Assembly (NCBI GenBank): GCA_038321985.1
Contig: JBBQFN010000018.1
Coordinates: forward strand, 46,151 to 110,150
Reading direction: 5' to 3'
DNA from: Cyanophyceae cyanobacterium
Lineage (GTDB): Bacteria; Cyanobacteriota; Cyanobacteriia; Cyanobacteriales; Laspinemataceae
Length of the DNA: 64,000 nucleotides
Part shown: positions 10,301 through 18,542 of the stretch, piece by piece
How positions within the stretch are numbered: position 1 is the stretch's first letter
Layout of the letters: every line of letters begins with the position of its first letter
Notes under the pieces: generated by a model
What the model was told of the DNA's origin: nothing
The model's input: only the letters and a program-made list of their open reading frames with translations
The model's database searches: none
Program-made: the position numbers and the translations under genes

Positions 10301-11504
10301 CCAATAAACAAACGCGCTCCTCCAACTGTTGCGCCAGTGCCGCTTTCCCCTGCGCCACATCCTCAAAAAAGAGGCGCGTCCCGGTAAAATAGGCCACACA
10401 GTCCACCAATCGCGTGATCAGGTTCGGTTCTTGTCCCAACGTCACCCACAGCACCCCATCAGGAAACCGTGCTCCCACCGCCTCATCCCGCGCCACCGCC
10501 GCCGCCAGCACGGACTTACCAATGCCGCCCATCCCCTGCACCCCCACCCGCTGCGCCACCCCCGTCATCACCAAAGTTTGGGACTCGGTTCCCAGCAGCT
10601 TGGCTTTAATCGCCTCAACTTCTTCTAAGCGCGGCAAAAACTTCAGAGGCAACGATGGCACATTAAACAACCGGGAACGGGGTGCAGCGGTTGCCCCTTC
10701 CCCCCCTGCCAGTCGGTCAATCTTGCCTTCCATGCGCTCTAACTGTCTCGTCTGGCGCAAGAAATTCTCCTCTAAAATACTCAGCACCTGCTCCACATCT
10801 TCCCGGTGCGCCAACTTCGGCAAATACTGCTGAATTTCCTCAATCTTCGCCAAAGTTGCCCCATGCAAATCAAAAACCATCCCGGCAAACGCTTTCGGGT
10901 CATCCTTCAACACCTGACGCAAATACTTCCCAAAATTCGCCGCCAACTCCCCCGCCAACGCCACCACCACATCGTTATACTTCGCCCTTTCCCCAGGCAA
11001 CATCCCCCGCCCATAGCCCCACGCCACCAAATCCTCACTCAACTCCTGCCACTCGTCCGCCTTCAAAACCTGGTAGTTGCTGAACCGTTCCGGAGCTTGG
11101 CTAAACAAGTCATAAAGCTGCTCCTCCTGCAACGTTTCAAACACATTAATGCCCTGCACCCGCTCCAACCAATAGGCTTCCACCCCATCCGCCAACCCCT
11201 GCAATGCCGCACGCAACTCCGGGAACTGGGGGATGATGCGCTCCTCTAAAGTTTTCCTCACCGTCCGTCCCGCCGCCTTCGCTAAATCCTCATTCCGCAA
11301 CACCTCCCCATGATTGCGAAATCGCTCCCTCAACGCCCCTAAATTATTCGCCTCCATCCCCGCCAAAAAATTGCCCACCATTCCCCAATGCGGCGCAGCA
11401 CCCACAGTCAGCATCGCCAGCACCCCCAACAGCGCCGTTTCCCCCAATAGGCTTCGATTCACCTTCAGCCACCGCTTCCCATCCATACCCTGTACCTCAA
11501 CCAC
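7317..11504 (-). CDS. STAND NB-ARC ATPase with APAF-1-like helical domain and ~14 WD40 repeats
   Basis: Walker A GMGGIGKS, Walker B LLVLDDVW, YLPLA and LHDL motifs. 13 near-identical GH...WN repeats plus one degenerate repeat. Confidence 0.9.
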   Translation of the reverse strand: MVEVQGMDGKRWLKVNRSLLGETALLGVLAMLTVGAAPHWGMVGNFLAGMEANNLGALRERFRNHGEVLRNEDLAKAAGRTVRKTLEERIIPQFPELRAALQGLADGVEAYWLERVQGINVFETLQEEQLYDLFSQAPERFSNYQVLKADEWQELSEDLVAWGYGRGMLPGERAKYNDVVVALAGELAANFGKYLRQVLKDDPKAFAGMVFDLHGATLAKIEEIQQYLPKLAHREDVEQVLSILEENFLRQTRQLERMEGKIDRLAGGEGATAAPRSRLFNVPSLPLKFLPRLEEVEAIKAKLLGTESQTLVMTGVAQRVGVQGMGGIGKSVLAAAVARDEAVGARFPDGVLWVTLGQEPNLITRLVDCVAYFTGTRLFFEDVAQGKAALAQQLEERVCLLVLDDVWQMSHAEAFYGLGPRCQLLLTTRDGRLVRGLAAQGHEVGLLSEEQGLGLVAQWAGEHPEGLPTEAVEVVQECGYLPLAVAMAGAMVCGNGANRWRNVLEKLRSADLARIAYKFPDYPNYPNLLKVLEASVDALASEDIPDIAPRYLDLAIFPKGTPIPEGVLEIFWGAIGLDALAVQDVVDCLVAKSLLLRDELGRLNLHDLQVDYVRQKAGDLTARQEQFFAAYGQRYPEGYHEATADEYFGRYAIRHHLQVCPHHIPPLLLDFRWLQGKIERLGVGAVLADFEAVPEAVASRDLGLVGEAVRLSAHVVQQDPSQLAGQLLGRLLSFAEMTPPQPPYRYFWERIPGIGQHLPKYPPTPQRETFPAITQLLTQAQQCQRKPWIRPLFPNLTPPGGPLIRTLTGHGDSVSAVAISPDGQRVVSGSLDNTLKVWNLATGEEERTLTGHGDSVNAVAISPDGQRVVSSSRDKTLKIWKLVTGKEERTLTGHDGSVNAIAISPDGQWVVSGSWDNTLKVWNLVTGEEERTLSGHGGSVTAVAISPDGQRVVSGSVDKTLKVWNLATGKEERTLTGHGGWVSAVTISPDGQRVVSGSQDKTLKVWNLATGEEELTLTGHGGWVSAVTISPDGQRVMSGSLGKTLKVWNLATGKEERTLTGHNGSVSAVAISLDGQRVVSGSVDNTLKIWNLSTGEEELTLTGHGSSVYAVAISPDGQRVVSGSKDKTLKVWNLSTGEEERTFTVHDDGISEVAISPDGQRVVLHSIDNTLKVWNLVTGEEERTLTLIGHFGSVNAVAISPDGQRMVSGSLLELDGTLKVWNLATGKEEHTLIGHGGLVNAIAISPDGQWVVSGSWDKTLKVWNLSTGEEERTLTGHRDWVCAVAVSPDGQRVVSGSRDKTLKVWNVATGEEERTLTGHSWPVLAVAISPDGQRVVSGSVDTLKVWNLVRGEEIACFPADAALECCAIAPDGVTVVAGDYVGRVHFLRLAGFPSP
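7440..9095 (-). repeat. ~126-bp tandem DNA repeats encoding WD40 blades
   Basis: acccgttgcccatcggggctgatggc recurs about every 126 bp. Confidence 0.9.
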
Positions 11505-11600
11505 TGCACCTATTTTACTGAAGGTTCCTCAACTTGGGCAGGATTTGTCAGCCGCCTATTTTGAAAATCCACCCTCAATGTAGTAAAAAAACCCGCAGCG

Positions 11601-11707
11601 TCAAGCCTGGGGCTACACGGACGAAGCCCGTGGTTCGACGGTGCTCACCAGAGCCCTGCGCGGGCTAAGAGGTAAAACCTACTTTTACCAACCGGATTTG
11701 GTATTAG
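11601..11707. repeat. REP-like element with a nested small hairpin insert
   Basis: The arms AGCCCG (11625) and CGGGCT (11661) enclose TGGT...ACCA. The tail matches 3841-3865. Confidence 0.5.
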
Positions 11708-11769
11708 ATTTGAGAGGTCTATAATCTGCTACAATTTAGACTTGAGAGTTCCATAATCTGGCAAAAATT

Positions 11770-12000
11770 ATGCGGTCAATTGAGCAACTGACTGAGGAAA
11801 TATTATCCCTGCCTAGTGAGGTGAGAGCACTTCTCGCGGATAAGTTAGTGGAAAGTTTGGAATTCAGTGCTGACTCAGCAATTCAGGCAGCTTGGGTCAC
11901 TGAAGCCCAGCGCCGGAGAGATGAGGTCCGAAATGGCTCTGTTGAAACTATTTCAGGGGAAGAGGCTTTAGCGAAAGTCAGACGGTTGATTGAGTCATGA
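11770..12000 (+). CDS. Addiction module antitoxin (TIGR02574-like)
   Basis: LSLP..RALLADKLVESL...AWVTEAQRR pattern. Overlaps the toxin start via ATGA. Confidence 0.85.
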   Translation: MRSIEQLTEEILSLPSEVRALLADKLVESLEFSADSAIQAAWVTEAQRRRDEVRNGSVETISGEEALAKVRRLIES

Positions 12001-12288
12001 AGTATATTTTTCATCCTGAAGCACTGACTGAATATGCGGAAGCCGTTCAATATTACACCGAGCAGGGGGTTGAGGTCGCACAAGCATTCGTCAGCGCGAT
12101 CGAGGATACAGTCTATCGGATCAGGGAGTCTCCAATCCGCTATGCTGTAGTTGATGAAGATGTTCGGCGATGTATGACGCGCAGATTTCCATATTGGTGT
12201 TCTCTACACAATTGAGCCAGACTACATCCTGATTTTGGCAGTCATGCATTGTAGTCGTGAGCCTGGATATTGGAAAAGCCGCAAGTAA
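11997..12288 (+). pseudogene. RelE/ParE-family toxin with a +1 frameshift
   Basis: Removing one T at ~12195 restores ...RRFPYGVLYTIEPDYILILAVMHCSREPGYWKSRK* (96 aa). Confidence 0.85.
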
Positions 12289-12489
12289 TTCAAGCTGACT
12301 TGCCTATTTCCTCGTGACTGCTCCTCGTGACTGGGCTTCTGCCGAGTCACGCCCTAAGTGTTAGATATTATTAGTGAGTTCGCGAAGCGCCGCTGTAGGA
12401 GTTGAGAAGGGTGCAGATGTCAGTGAGCGGGACATCCCCTTCCCTGATATTATGGGCAAATCCTGTCCTGAATGTCTAATTAAGCAACT

Positions 12490-14094
12490 GTGACTCCTGT
12501 GTTTGAATCCTTTGAACCCACACCCTCCCCGGAAGAACTCACCGATATTGTGATCATCGGGAGTGGGATTGGCGGATTGTGCTGTGCTGCATTGTTGGCT
12601 CAGTATGGATTTGCAGTAACGGTTTGTGAGAGTCATAACATAGCAGGGGGTGCAGCTCATGGTTTTTCGAGAAATGGCTATACTTTTGATTCGGGTCCAT
12701 CGTTGCATTCCGGTTTGTCTGACTCTTCCTCTGCTCACCCGCTTAAACAAGTGTTAGATATTATTGGTGAGGCGGTTCCTTGTCTGACCTATGATACTTG
12801 GGGTTGTTATCTTCCCGAAGGTGAGTTAAAGATTGCCGTAGGTGCGGACCCGTTTTGTGAGGTGCTGCAAGAGTTGCGAGGTAGGGTTGCGGTTCAGGAA
12901 TGGCGGAGGTTGCAACAGGTGATGGAACCGTTAGCAGCAGCAGCGAAGGCGATTCCTCCGACTGCCTTGCGCTGGGATTGGGGGGCGGCGATCGCCTCGG
13001 TACGTTTTGCACCGGCTATTTTCCCTCATTTGAGAAACATCGTCAAACTCACGGGTCCTTTTAGTCGAATCATGGATGAAGTAATCCAGGACCCGTTTAT
13101 CCGCAACTGGTTGGATTTGCTCTGTTTTCTCCTTTCTGGACTGCCTGCATCGGGGACTAGCGCCGCAGAAATGGCCTTTATGTTTGCGGAATGGTATCGC
13201 CCGGGAGTGGTGCTAGAGTACCCCATTGGCGGCAGTGGGGCGATCGCAGATGCTTTGGTTCGGGGACTGGAAAAACAGGGGGGACGGTTACGGCTGAATG
13301 CTCATGTTGAACAAGTGCTGGTAAAAGGCGATTCCCTTCGGGATAGCTTCGCTTCACGCGCGGTGGGAGTGCGTCTGCGCGGAGGGAATGTGATTAAAGC
13401 CCGTCAAGCGGTGGTGTCGAATGCGTCGGTGTGGGATACCCTGAAATTGTTACCCCAGGATGCGGTTCCGAAATCATTTCGCAGTCGCCGTCAAGCCACT
13501 CCCGCTTGTGAGAGTTTCATGCACTTACATTTGGGCATTGATGCGGCTGGATTACCTTCGGATTTAGCCTGTCATTATATCATTGTTAACGATTGGAGTC
13601 AAGGGGTGACGGCCCCGCAAAATGTGATTTTAGTCTCCATTCCCTCGGTTTTAGACCCGTCTCTCGCCCCATCGGGAAAGCACGGGATTCATGTTTATAC
13701 TCCCGGGAATGAACCATATCAGTTATGGGCGGGACTTGAGCGCAATAGTGCGGCTTATCAAGAATTGAAACAAGAACGGGCGGAGGTGATGTGGCAAGGT
13801 TTAGAACGAATTATTCCCGATATTAGACAGCGATGTGAGGTCACATTGGTGGGAACTCCGCTGACTCATGAGCGATTTTTACGACGCGATCGCGGTTCTT
13901 ATGGTCCTGCCATTGCTGCTGGAAGTGGGTTTTTTCCGGGTCCAACGACTCCGTTATCGGGGTTATTCTGCTGTGGGGATTCCACCTTTCCCGGAATCGG
14001 TTTACCTGCTGTTGCCGCCAGTGGCGCGATCGCTGCCAATACGATCGCCCCCTTGAACAAGCATCTGGCAATGCTAAAGGCGATCGGTTTTTAA
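12490..14094 (+). CDS. Phytoene desaturase/carotenoid isomerase-family FAD oxidoreductase (CrtH-like)
   Basis: GSGIGGL, FDSGPSL, GTPLTHERFL and CGDSTFPGIG motifs. Confidence 0.8.
   Translation: MTPVFESFEPTPSPEELTDIVIIGSGIGGLCCAALLAQYGFAVTVCESHNIAGGAAHGFSRNGYTFDSGPSLHSGLSDSSSAHPLKQVLDIIGEAVPCLTYDTWGCYLPEGELKIAVGADPFCEVLQELRGRVAVQEWRRLQQVMEPLAAAAKAIPPTALRWDWGAAIASVRFAPAIFPHLRNIVKLTGPFSRIMDEVIQDPFIRNWLDLLCFLLSGLPASGTSAAEMAFMFAEWYRPGVVLEYPIGGSGAIADALVRGLEKQGGRLRLNAHVEQVLVKGDSLRDSFASRAVGVRLRGGNVIKARQAVVSNASVWDTLKLLPQDAVPKSFRSRRQATPACESFMHLHLGIDAAGLPSDLACHYIIVNDWSQGVTAPQNVILVSIPSVLDPSLAPSGKHGIHVYTPGNEPYQLWAGLERNSAAYQELKQERAEVMWQGLERIIPDIRQRCEVTLVGTPLTHERFLRRDRGSYGPAIAAGSGFFPGPTTPLSGLFCCGDSTFPGIGLPAVAASGAIAANTIAPLNKHLAMLKAIGF
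13333..13356. mobile_element. 24-nt small dispersed repeat inserted in frame into a HIP1 site
   Basis: GCGAT|TCCCTTCGGGATAGCTTCGCTTCA|CGC. Deleting the insert restores GCGATCGC and VKGDRAVGV. Confidence 0.75.
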
Positions 14095-14120
14095 AACCTA
14101 AAAAACCTGATTCTTCTTCT

Positions 14121-14188
14121 GTTCGTAGTAACGCCTTCCGGCGTTACGGTGAACTTAGATAATAATGCCTGAAGGCGTTACTACGAAC
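14121..14188. repeat. Long palindromic REP overlapping the stop codon of the GST-family gene
   Basis: gttcgtagtaacgccttc...gaaggcgttactacgaac inverted repeat. Confidence 0.75.
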
Positions 14189-15233
14189 TCACAGAATGGC
14201 TTAAAACATCGCGATGGTGAGGTTCTTGTAAGTTGGTTATGGTAGGCCCAGAGGGGATAATTCCACCGGGATTTAAGGGGAATAAGTTACCGTAATAATC
14301 TCGTTTGATACTATCGAGGTCACAGGTATCGGCGACGCCCGGGAGTTGATAGATATCCCGGAGATACCCGCCTAGGTTTTGATAGTCTTGAATTCGGCGT
14401 TGGTTGCACTTAAATAAGCCGTAATATACGATATCAAAGCGAAATAAGGTAGTGAATAGACGGACGTCGGCTAGGGTGAGGCGATCGCCAGATAAATACC
14501 GATTCGTTTCTAATACGGTGTCTATTTCCTCTAAGGTAGTAAATAGTTCCTTACAGGCGGTGTCATACGCCTCTTGGCTTTGAGCAAATCCACATCGATA
14601 GACGCCATTATTAATAGCAGGGTAAATTTTATCGTTCCATTTTTCTACTTCGGCTTGTAATTCTTCAGGATATAAATTCAGTTCAGGATGGGTGCTAAAT
14701 TCGTTAAATTCTGAGTTTAACATGATGATGATTTCAGCACTTTCATTATTGACAATCGTCTGGGTTTGTGTATCCCAGAGGATGGGAACGGTGCAGCGCC
14801 CCTGATATCCAGGACGGGCGATCGCATACAATTCGGGGACCGTTTGACAGCCGTATTCTTCCTGGTCGAGTACCCAGATTCCGGCATCGGGAGAGGGGGA
14901 GACAATGGCTACCGAAATGGCGGATTCTAATCCTTTGAGCGATCGCACGACCAAAGTCCGATGCGCCCAAGGACAGCCTAATCCCACATATAGACGATAC
15001 CGTTCCGTTGCTGGGGGATAGGGGTTTTGCGGTTGGGTTCCCACCGCATTTCTAAACTCACTGGTTGGACGAATATATTCCCCGGTTTGACTACGAGGTG
15101 CAAGTTTGGACATCATGAGTTGCCACATTGTTGTCCAGACAAATTTGCCGAATTTAATAATAAATTTGGACGGCAATGTTTTCCCTTTTTTGGGGAGATT
15201 GTCAGTTTTGACGGGTGGGGTTTCTGAAGACAT
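14181..15233 (-). CDS. Glutathionyl-hydroquinone reductase (GST omega/YqjG-like)
   Basis: CPWAHR, TVPILWD, NNESAEI and NNGVYRCGFA motifs. Confidence 0.9.
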   Translation of the reverse strand: MSSETPPVKTDNLPKKGKTLPSKFIIKFGKFVWTTMWQLMMSKLAPRSQTGEYIRPTSEFRNAVGTQPQNPYPPATERYRLYVGLGCPWAHRTLVVRSLKGLESAISVAIVSPSPDAGIWVLDQEEYGCQTVPELYAIARPGYQGRCTVPILWDTQTQTIVNNESAEIIIMLNSEFNEFSTHPELNLYPEELQAEVEKWNDKIYPAINNGVYRCGFAQSQEAYDTACKELFTTLEEIDTVLETNRYLSGDRLTLADVRLFTTLFRFDIVYYGLFKCNQRRIQDYQNLGGYLRDIYQLPGVADTCDLDSIKRDYYGNLFPLNPGGIIPSGPTITNLQEPHHRDVLSHSVSS

Positions 15234-15327
15234 AAGACGCTCTATTGATAGAATAAATTAAGACGAAACTTTTCTAAAAATCTCCGGTTGTAAGCCGAGG
15301 GATTCAGTACGGCTGGGTAGTCCCCCT

Positions 15328-15834
15328 TTATTCGGGTAATTGTTCTTTGAGGGAGGAAATCATCTGGGGATTCAGCTTAATTTTAATTTCGACTAATCGA
15401 GTAGTATCTCGAAAAATCAAAGTTTGATTATCTTCTACCAAAATTTCCGCCTCTTTCAAGGTCAAGGTTTGATATTTAAGGGCAGCTAATTTCATCTGAA
15501 TCACGAGACTGGGTTGGGATTTGGGATAAATGTAGAGTTGCTGCCGTTTTGGGTCGAGTTGCAGTTGCCTAACGGTGGTATTACGTTCGTCTGGCATCCC
15601 CGGTTTTTGCCAATAGAGGGTAATGCCGCGCACGTCAGGGTTGCCGATCGCAAAGGTTTCATCAAAGCGTTGAGGTTCCCAGTCCAATTCGCGCACATTA
15701 CCGTTTTCCGGCAGGATACGCTGGCGCAAGGCGATTTCTTTGCCGTTGAGACTGCACCACCATTGACGGATTGTCTCGAAATTTTTAGCCTGATCGGGAT
15801 TATTATTACCAGACTGCCAAGTAATCAATGGCAT
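15328..15834 (-). CDS. Hypothetical protein
   Basis: 168-aa ORF with SD-like GGAGGG; no recognised motif. Confidence 0.65.
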   Translation of the reverse strand: MPLITWQSGNNNPDQAKNFETIRQWWCSLNGKEIALRQRILPENGNVRELDWEPQRFDETFAIGNPDVRGITLYWQKPGMPDERNTTVRQLQLDPKRQQLYIYPKSQPSLVIQMKLAALKYQTLTLKEAEILVEDNQTLIFRDTTRLVEIKIKLNPQMISSLKEQLPE

Positions 15835-15931
15835 GATTCGCCCTCCTTATTGATACCCATTGTTCCTATTTTAGAGTTTAAATTAGATTTTAAAGTGGAC
15901 TGTACATTGGCAACGCTAAACCTTCCCCCAA

Positions 15932-16849
15932 ATGGACTTACCCATCGTTTATCATCCCGACTATGTGGCCCCTCTGCCGACTTCCCATCGCTTCCCGATG
16001 GAGAAGTTTCGGTTACTCCATGAAATGCTTTTAGGCGATCGCGTCGTGAATTTATCCCAGTCTCACGCGCCGGAATTGCCCCCCCAGAACTGGATTGAAT
16101 GGGTTCATATACCCGAATATGTCCAGGCATACTGCGAAGGCACTCTTGACCCCAAAGCACAGCGACGGATTGGGTTACCGTGGTCGGAGGCCCTAGCAAA
16201 TCGCACTTGTATCGCCGTCGGTGGCGGGATTTTGACGGCAAAACTTGCCTTAAACTATGGGTTGGCTTGTAATACGGCTGGGGGAACTCATCATGCCTTT
16301 CCCAGTTTTGGATCGGGGTTTTGCATTTTTAACGATTTGGCGATCGCCACTCGGGTTGTCCAAAAACTGGAGGGGGTTCGTAAAGTATTAATTGTAGATT
16401 TGGACGTGCATCAAGGGGATGGGACGGCGTTTATTTTTCAAAATGACCCGGATGTATTTACCTTCGATATGCACTGTGAGGCCAATTTTCCCGGGCGAAA
16501 ACAAACTAGCGATTTAGATGTACCGTTGCCAGTGGGGATGGAGGATGATGAATACTTACAAACTGTAGCCCGTTATTTACCGGATTTACTCTCCCAATTT
16601 AAGCCCGATTTAGTCTGGTATGACGCCGGGGTAGATGTTCATGCAGGCGATCGCCTGGGTAAATTAGCCCTCAGCGATACAGGGATTTTTCGGCGGGATA
16701 TGCAGGTGTTAAGTACCTGTGTAGCAGCCGGATATCCCGTTGCCTGTGCGATCGGGGGGGGATATTGCGAGGATATGCGCGGTTTGGTTTACCGGCATTC
16801 TCTCTTACATCGTGCGGCTGCGCAAGTTTATCGCCAGTATCGCCTCTAA
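15932..16849 (+). CDS. Histone deacetylase-family (Zn-dependent) protein
   Basis: HRFPMEKF, GGTHHA, GFCIFND, DLDVHQGDGT and GGGY motifs. Confidence 0.9.
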   Translation: MDLPIVYHPDYVAPLPTSHRFPMEKFRLLHEMLLGDRVVNLSQSHAPELPPQNWIEWVHIPEYVQAYCEGTLDPKAQRRIGLPWSEALANRTCIAVGGGILTAKLALNYGLACNTAGGTHHAFPSFGSGFCIFNDLAIATRVVQKLEGVRKVLIVDLDVHQGDGTAFIFQNDPDVFTFDMHCEANFPGRKQTSDLDVPLPVGMEDDEYLQTVARYLPDLLSQFKPDLVWYDAGVDVHAGDRLGKLALSDTGIFRRDMQVLSTCVAAGYPVACAIGGGYCEDMRGLVYRHSLLHRAAAQVYRQYRL

Positions 16850-16915
16850 TCCCAAATACGCCTTTAAAAAGTCTAATTTATTCCGGTAGCCACTCCCTGT
16901 AGATGTGTCAGGATC

Positions 16916-18517
16916 CTACTCCCGTTGCAAAATTCTAACTATCCCTTTAGCGCTGCCACTGACCAGAAGTTGTCCATTGGGACTATAAACTAAGGACATA
17001 ACGGCCCCGGTTTCTTCCGTTAGGGTGCAGACTAATTTGCCTGTAGGTAAATGCCAGATTTTGACGGTACCATCGGCACTACCCGTGGCAAAAGTATTCC
17101 CATCAGGGGCGAGGGCGACTGCGGTTACGGGTCCTAAATGGGCGCTAAGACTCCACAGCAGTTCTCCAGTTTCCAAATTCCAGAGTTGAATACTGCCATC
17201 GCCACTGCCACCGATTAGGAGTTGCTGGGGGGAAATGACGACTGCTTCGATCGCATCTAAACTGCCATTGAGGACTGACATCGGTTGTTTAGTTTGGAAC
17301 TGCCACAGAGTGATTGTGCCATCACCGCCACCCCGGGCTAAAATCTGACCATCGGGGGAAATGGCGAGGGAAAAAATGGGTCCCGTATAATCCGTAAGGG
17401 TTTCGATTAATTCAGCCTTTGATAAATCCCACAATTTGATAGTTTCGTCAAAACTGCCACTCACTAGAGTTTTACCATCGGGGGAAATTGCCAGGGCTCG
17501 CACAGAACCCCCATGTCCGATGAGGGTTTCTTTTAAAGCGCCCCCCGGTAGTTCCCAAAGTTTAATCGTCTTATCCCAACTGGCAGAAGCGAGGGTTTTG
17601 CCATCCGGGGCGATCGCAATCGAAAATACCCCGCGTTTGTGTTCGGCAAGCACTTGCAACAGTTCTCCTGTAGACAGTTTCCACAGCTTGATACTGGTAT
17701 CAAAACTTCCCGTTGCTAAAAGTTCTCCATCGGGAGTAATTGCCACAGATCGCACCCAGTCCGCATGGGCAGGCAAACTGTGCAGGGAACTCCAACTCTG
17801 GATCGGAGGTTCCGAGGGTCCCACAAACGACGGTAGCACCACTTTAGATGAGGGCGGTTTAGATTTGACCGTTTGGGCTGTAGTAGCCGGTATAGGGGAT
17901 TGCGGCGTTGGCGCTTCTACAGGGGTCGGGAGTTCCGGTTGCGGGCGCGGTGGGGCGGACGGAACCACGATTTGGGAAGACAATTGGGAAAGGGTTTCCT
18001 CTAATCGTTCTAAGCGATAGGAAAAAGAGGATCGATTCAAATAGGCGATCGCATTGCCCAGACTTTCATCCAAGAGAGCATATTGCTCTTTCAACCCGAT
18101 GATTTCTTGTTGAATCCGGGATTCCACAGATTCTAACTTTAATAACCGGCTTTGAAACTGGACCCGTTCATCTGGGGACCCCGCAGGCAAGGGGGGGCTA
18201 CTCCCTTCTTCTACCTCGACTAGGGGAAGGGGAAGTTGCTTTTGTGCCTCCACTCGTTGGGTGAGCACCTCTAGTTCTTCTCCCAATTGTCGATGCAGCC
18301 GATTCGCTGTCCCACTGATCCGGCGAGTCTGGTGTTCGACGCGATACCGGGCGATCGCATTCAGAATCAGGGAACAGCAAATTAAAGGGGCAGCTACATA
18401 GATTGCCCCATTAAAAAAGACCGCCACGATCGCCGCCACCAGGGACGCGAACAAGGAAGCATATTCTAGAGTTTCTAGCCAATGACGGTAATTTGACATC
18501 GAGTCCTTCCCAGCCAC
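16916..18517 (-). CDS. Membrane-anchored coiled-coil WD40 protein
   Basis: Two N-terminal TM segments, a coiled coil, a Pro-rich linker and 7 WD40 repeats. Confidence 0.85.
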   Translation of the reverse strand: MAGKDSMSNYRHWLETLEYASLFASLVAAIVAVFFNGAIYVAAPLICCSLILNAIARYRVEHQTRRISGTANRLHRQLGEELEVLTQRVEAQKQLPLPLVEVEEGSSPPLPAGSPDERVQFQSRLLKLESVESRIQQEIIGLKEQYALLDESLGNAIAYLNRSSFSYRLERLEETLSQLSSQIVVPSAPPRPQPELPTPVEAPTPQSPIPATTAQTVKSKPPSSKVVLPSFVGPSEPPIQSWSSLHSLPAHADWVRSVAITPDGELLATGSFDTSIKLWKLSTGELLQVLAEHKRGVFSIAIAPDGKTLASASWDKTIKLWELPGGALKETLIGHGGSVRALAISPDGKTLVSGSFDETIKLWDLSKAELIETLTDYTGPIFSLAISPDGQILARGGGDGTITLWQFQTKQPMSVLNGSLDAIEAVVISPQQLLIGGSGDGSIQLWNLETGELLWSLSAHLGPVTAVALAPDGNTFATGSADGTVKIWHLPTGKLVCTLTEETGAVMSLVYSPNGQLLVSGSAKGIVRILQRE

Positions 18518-18542
18518 CGGAGCCTATATTATGATCGCCATT

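Noticed and set aside
7402..11249. Long + strand ORFs (474 aa, 325 aa and others)
   Set aside because: Antisense shadows of the repetitive, GC-skewed NB-ARC-WD40 gene.
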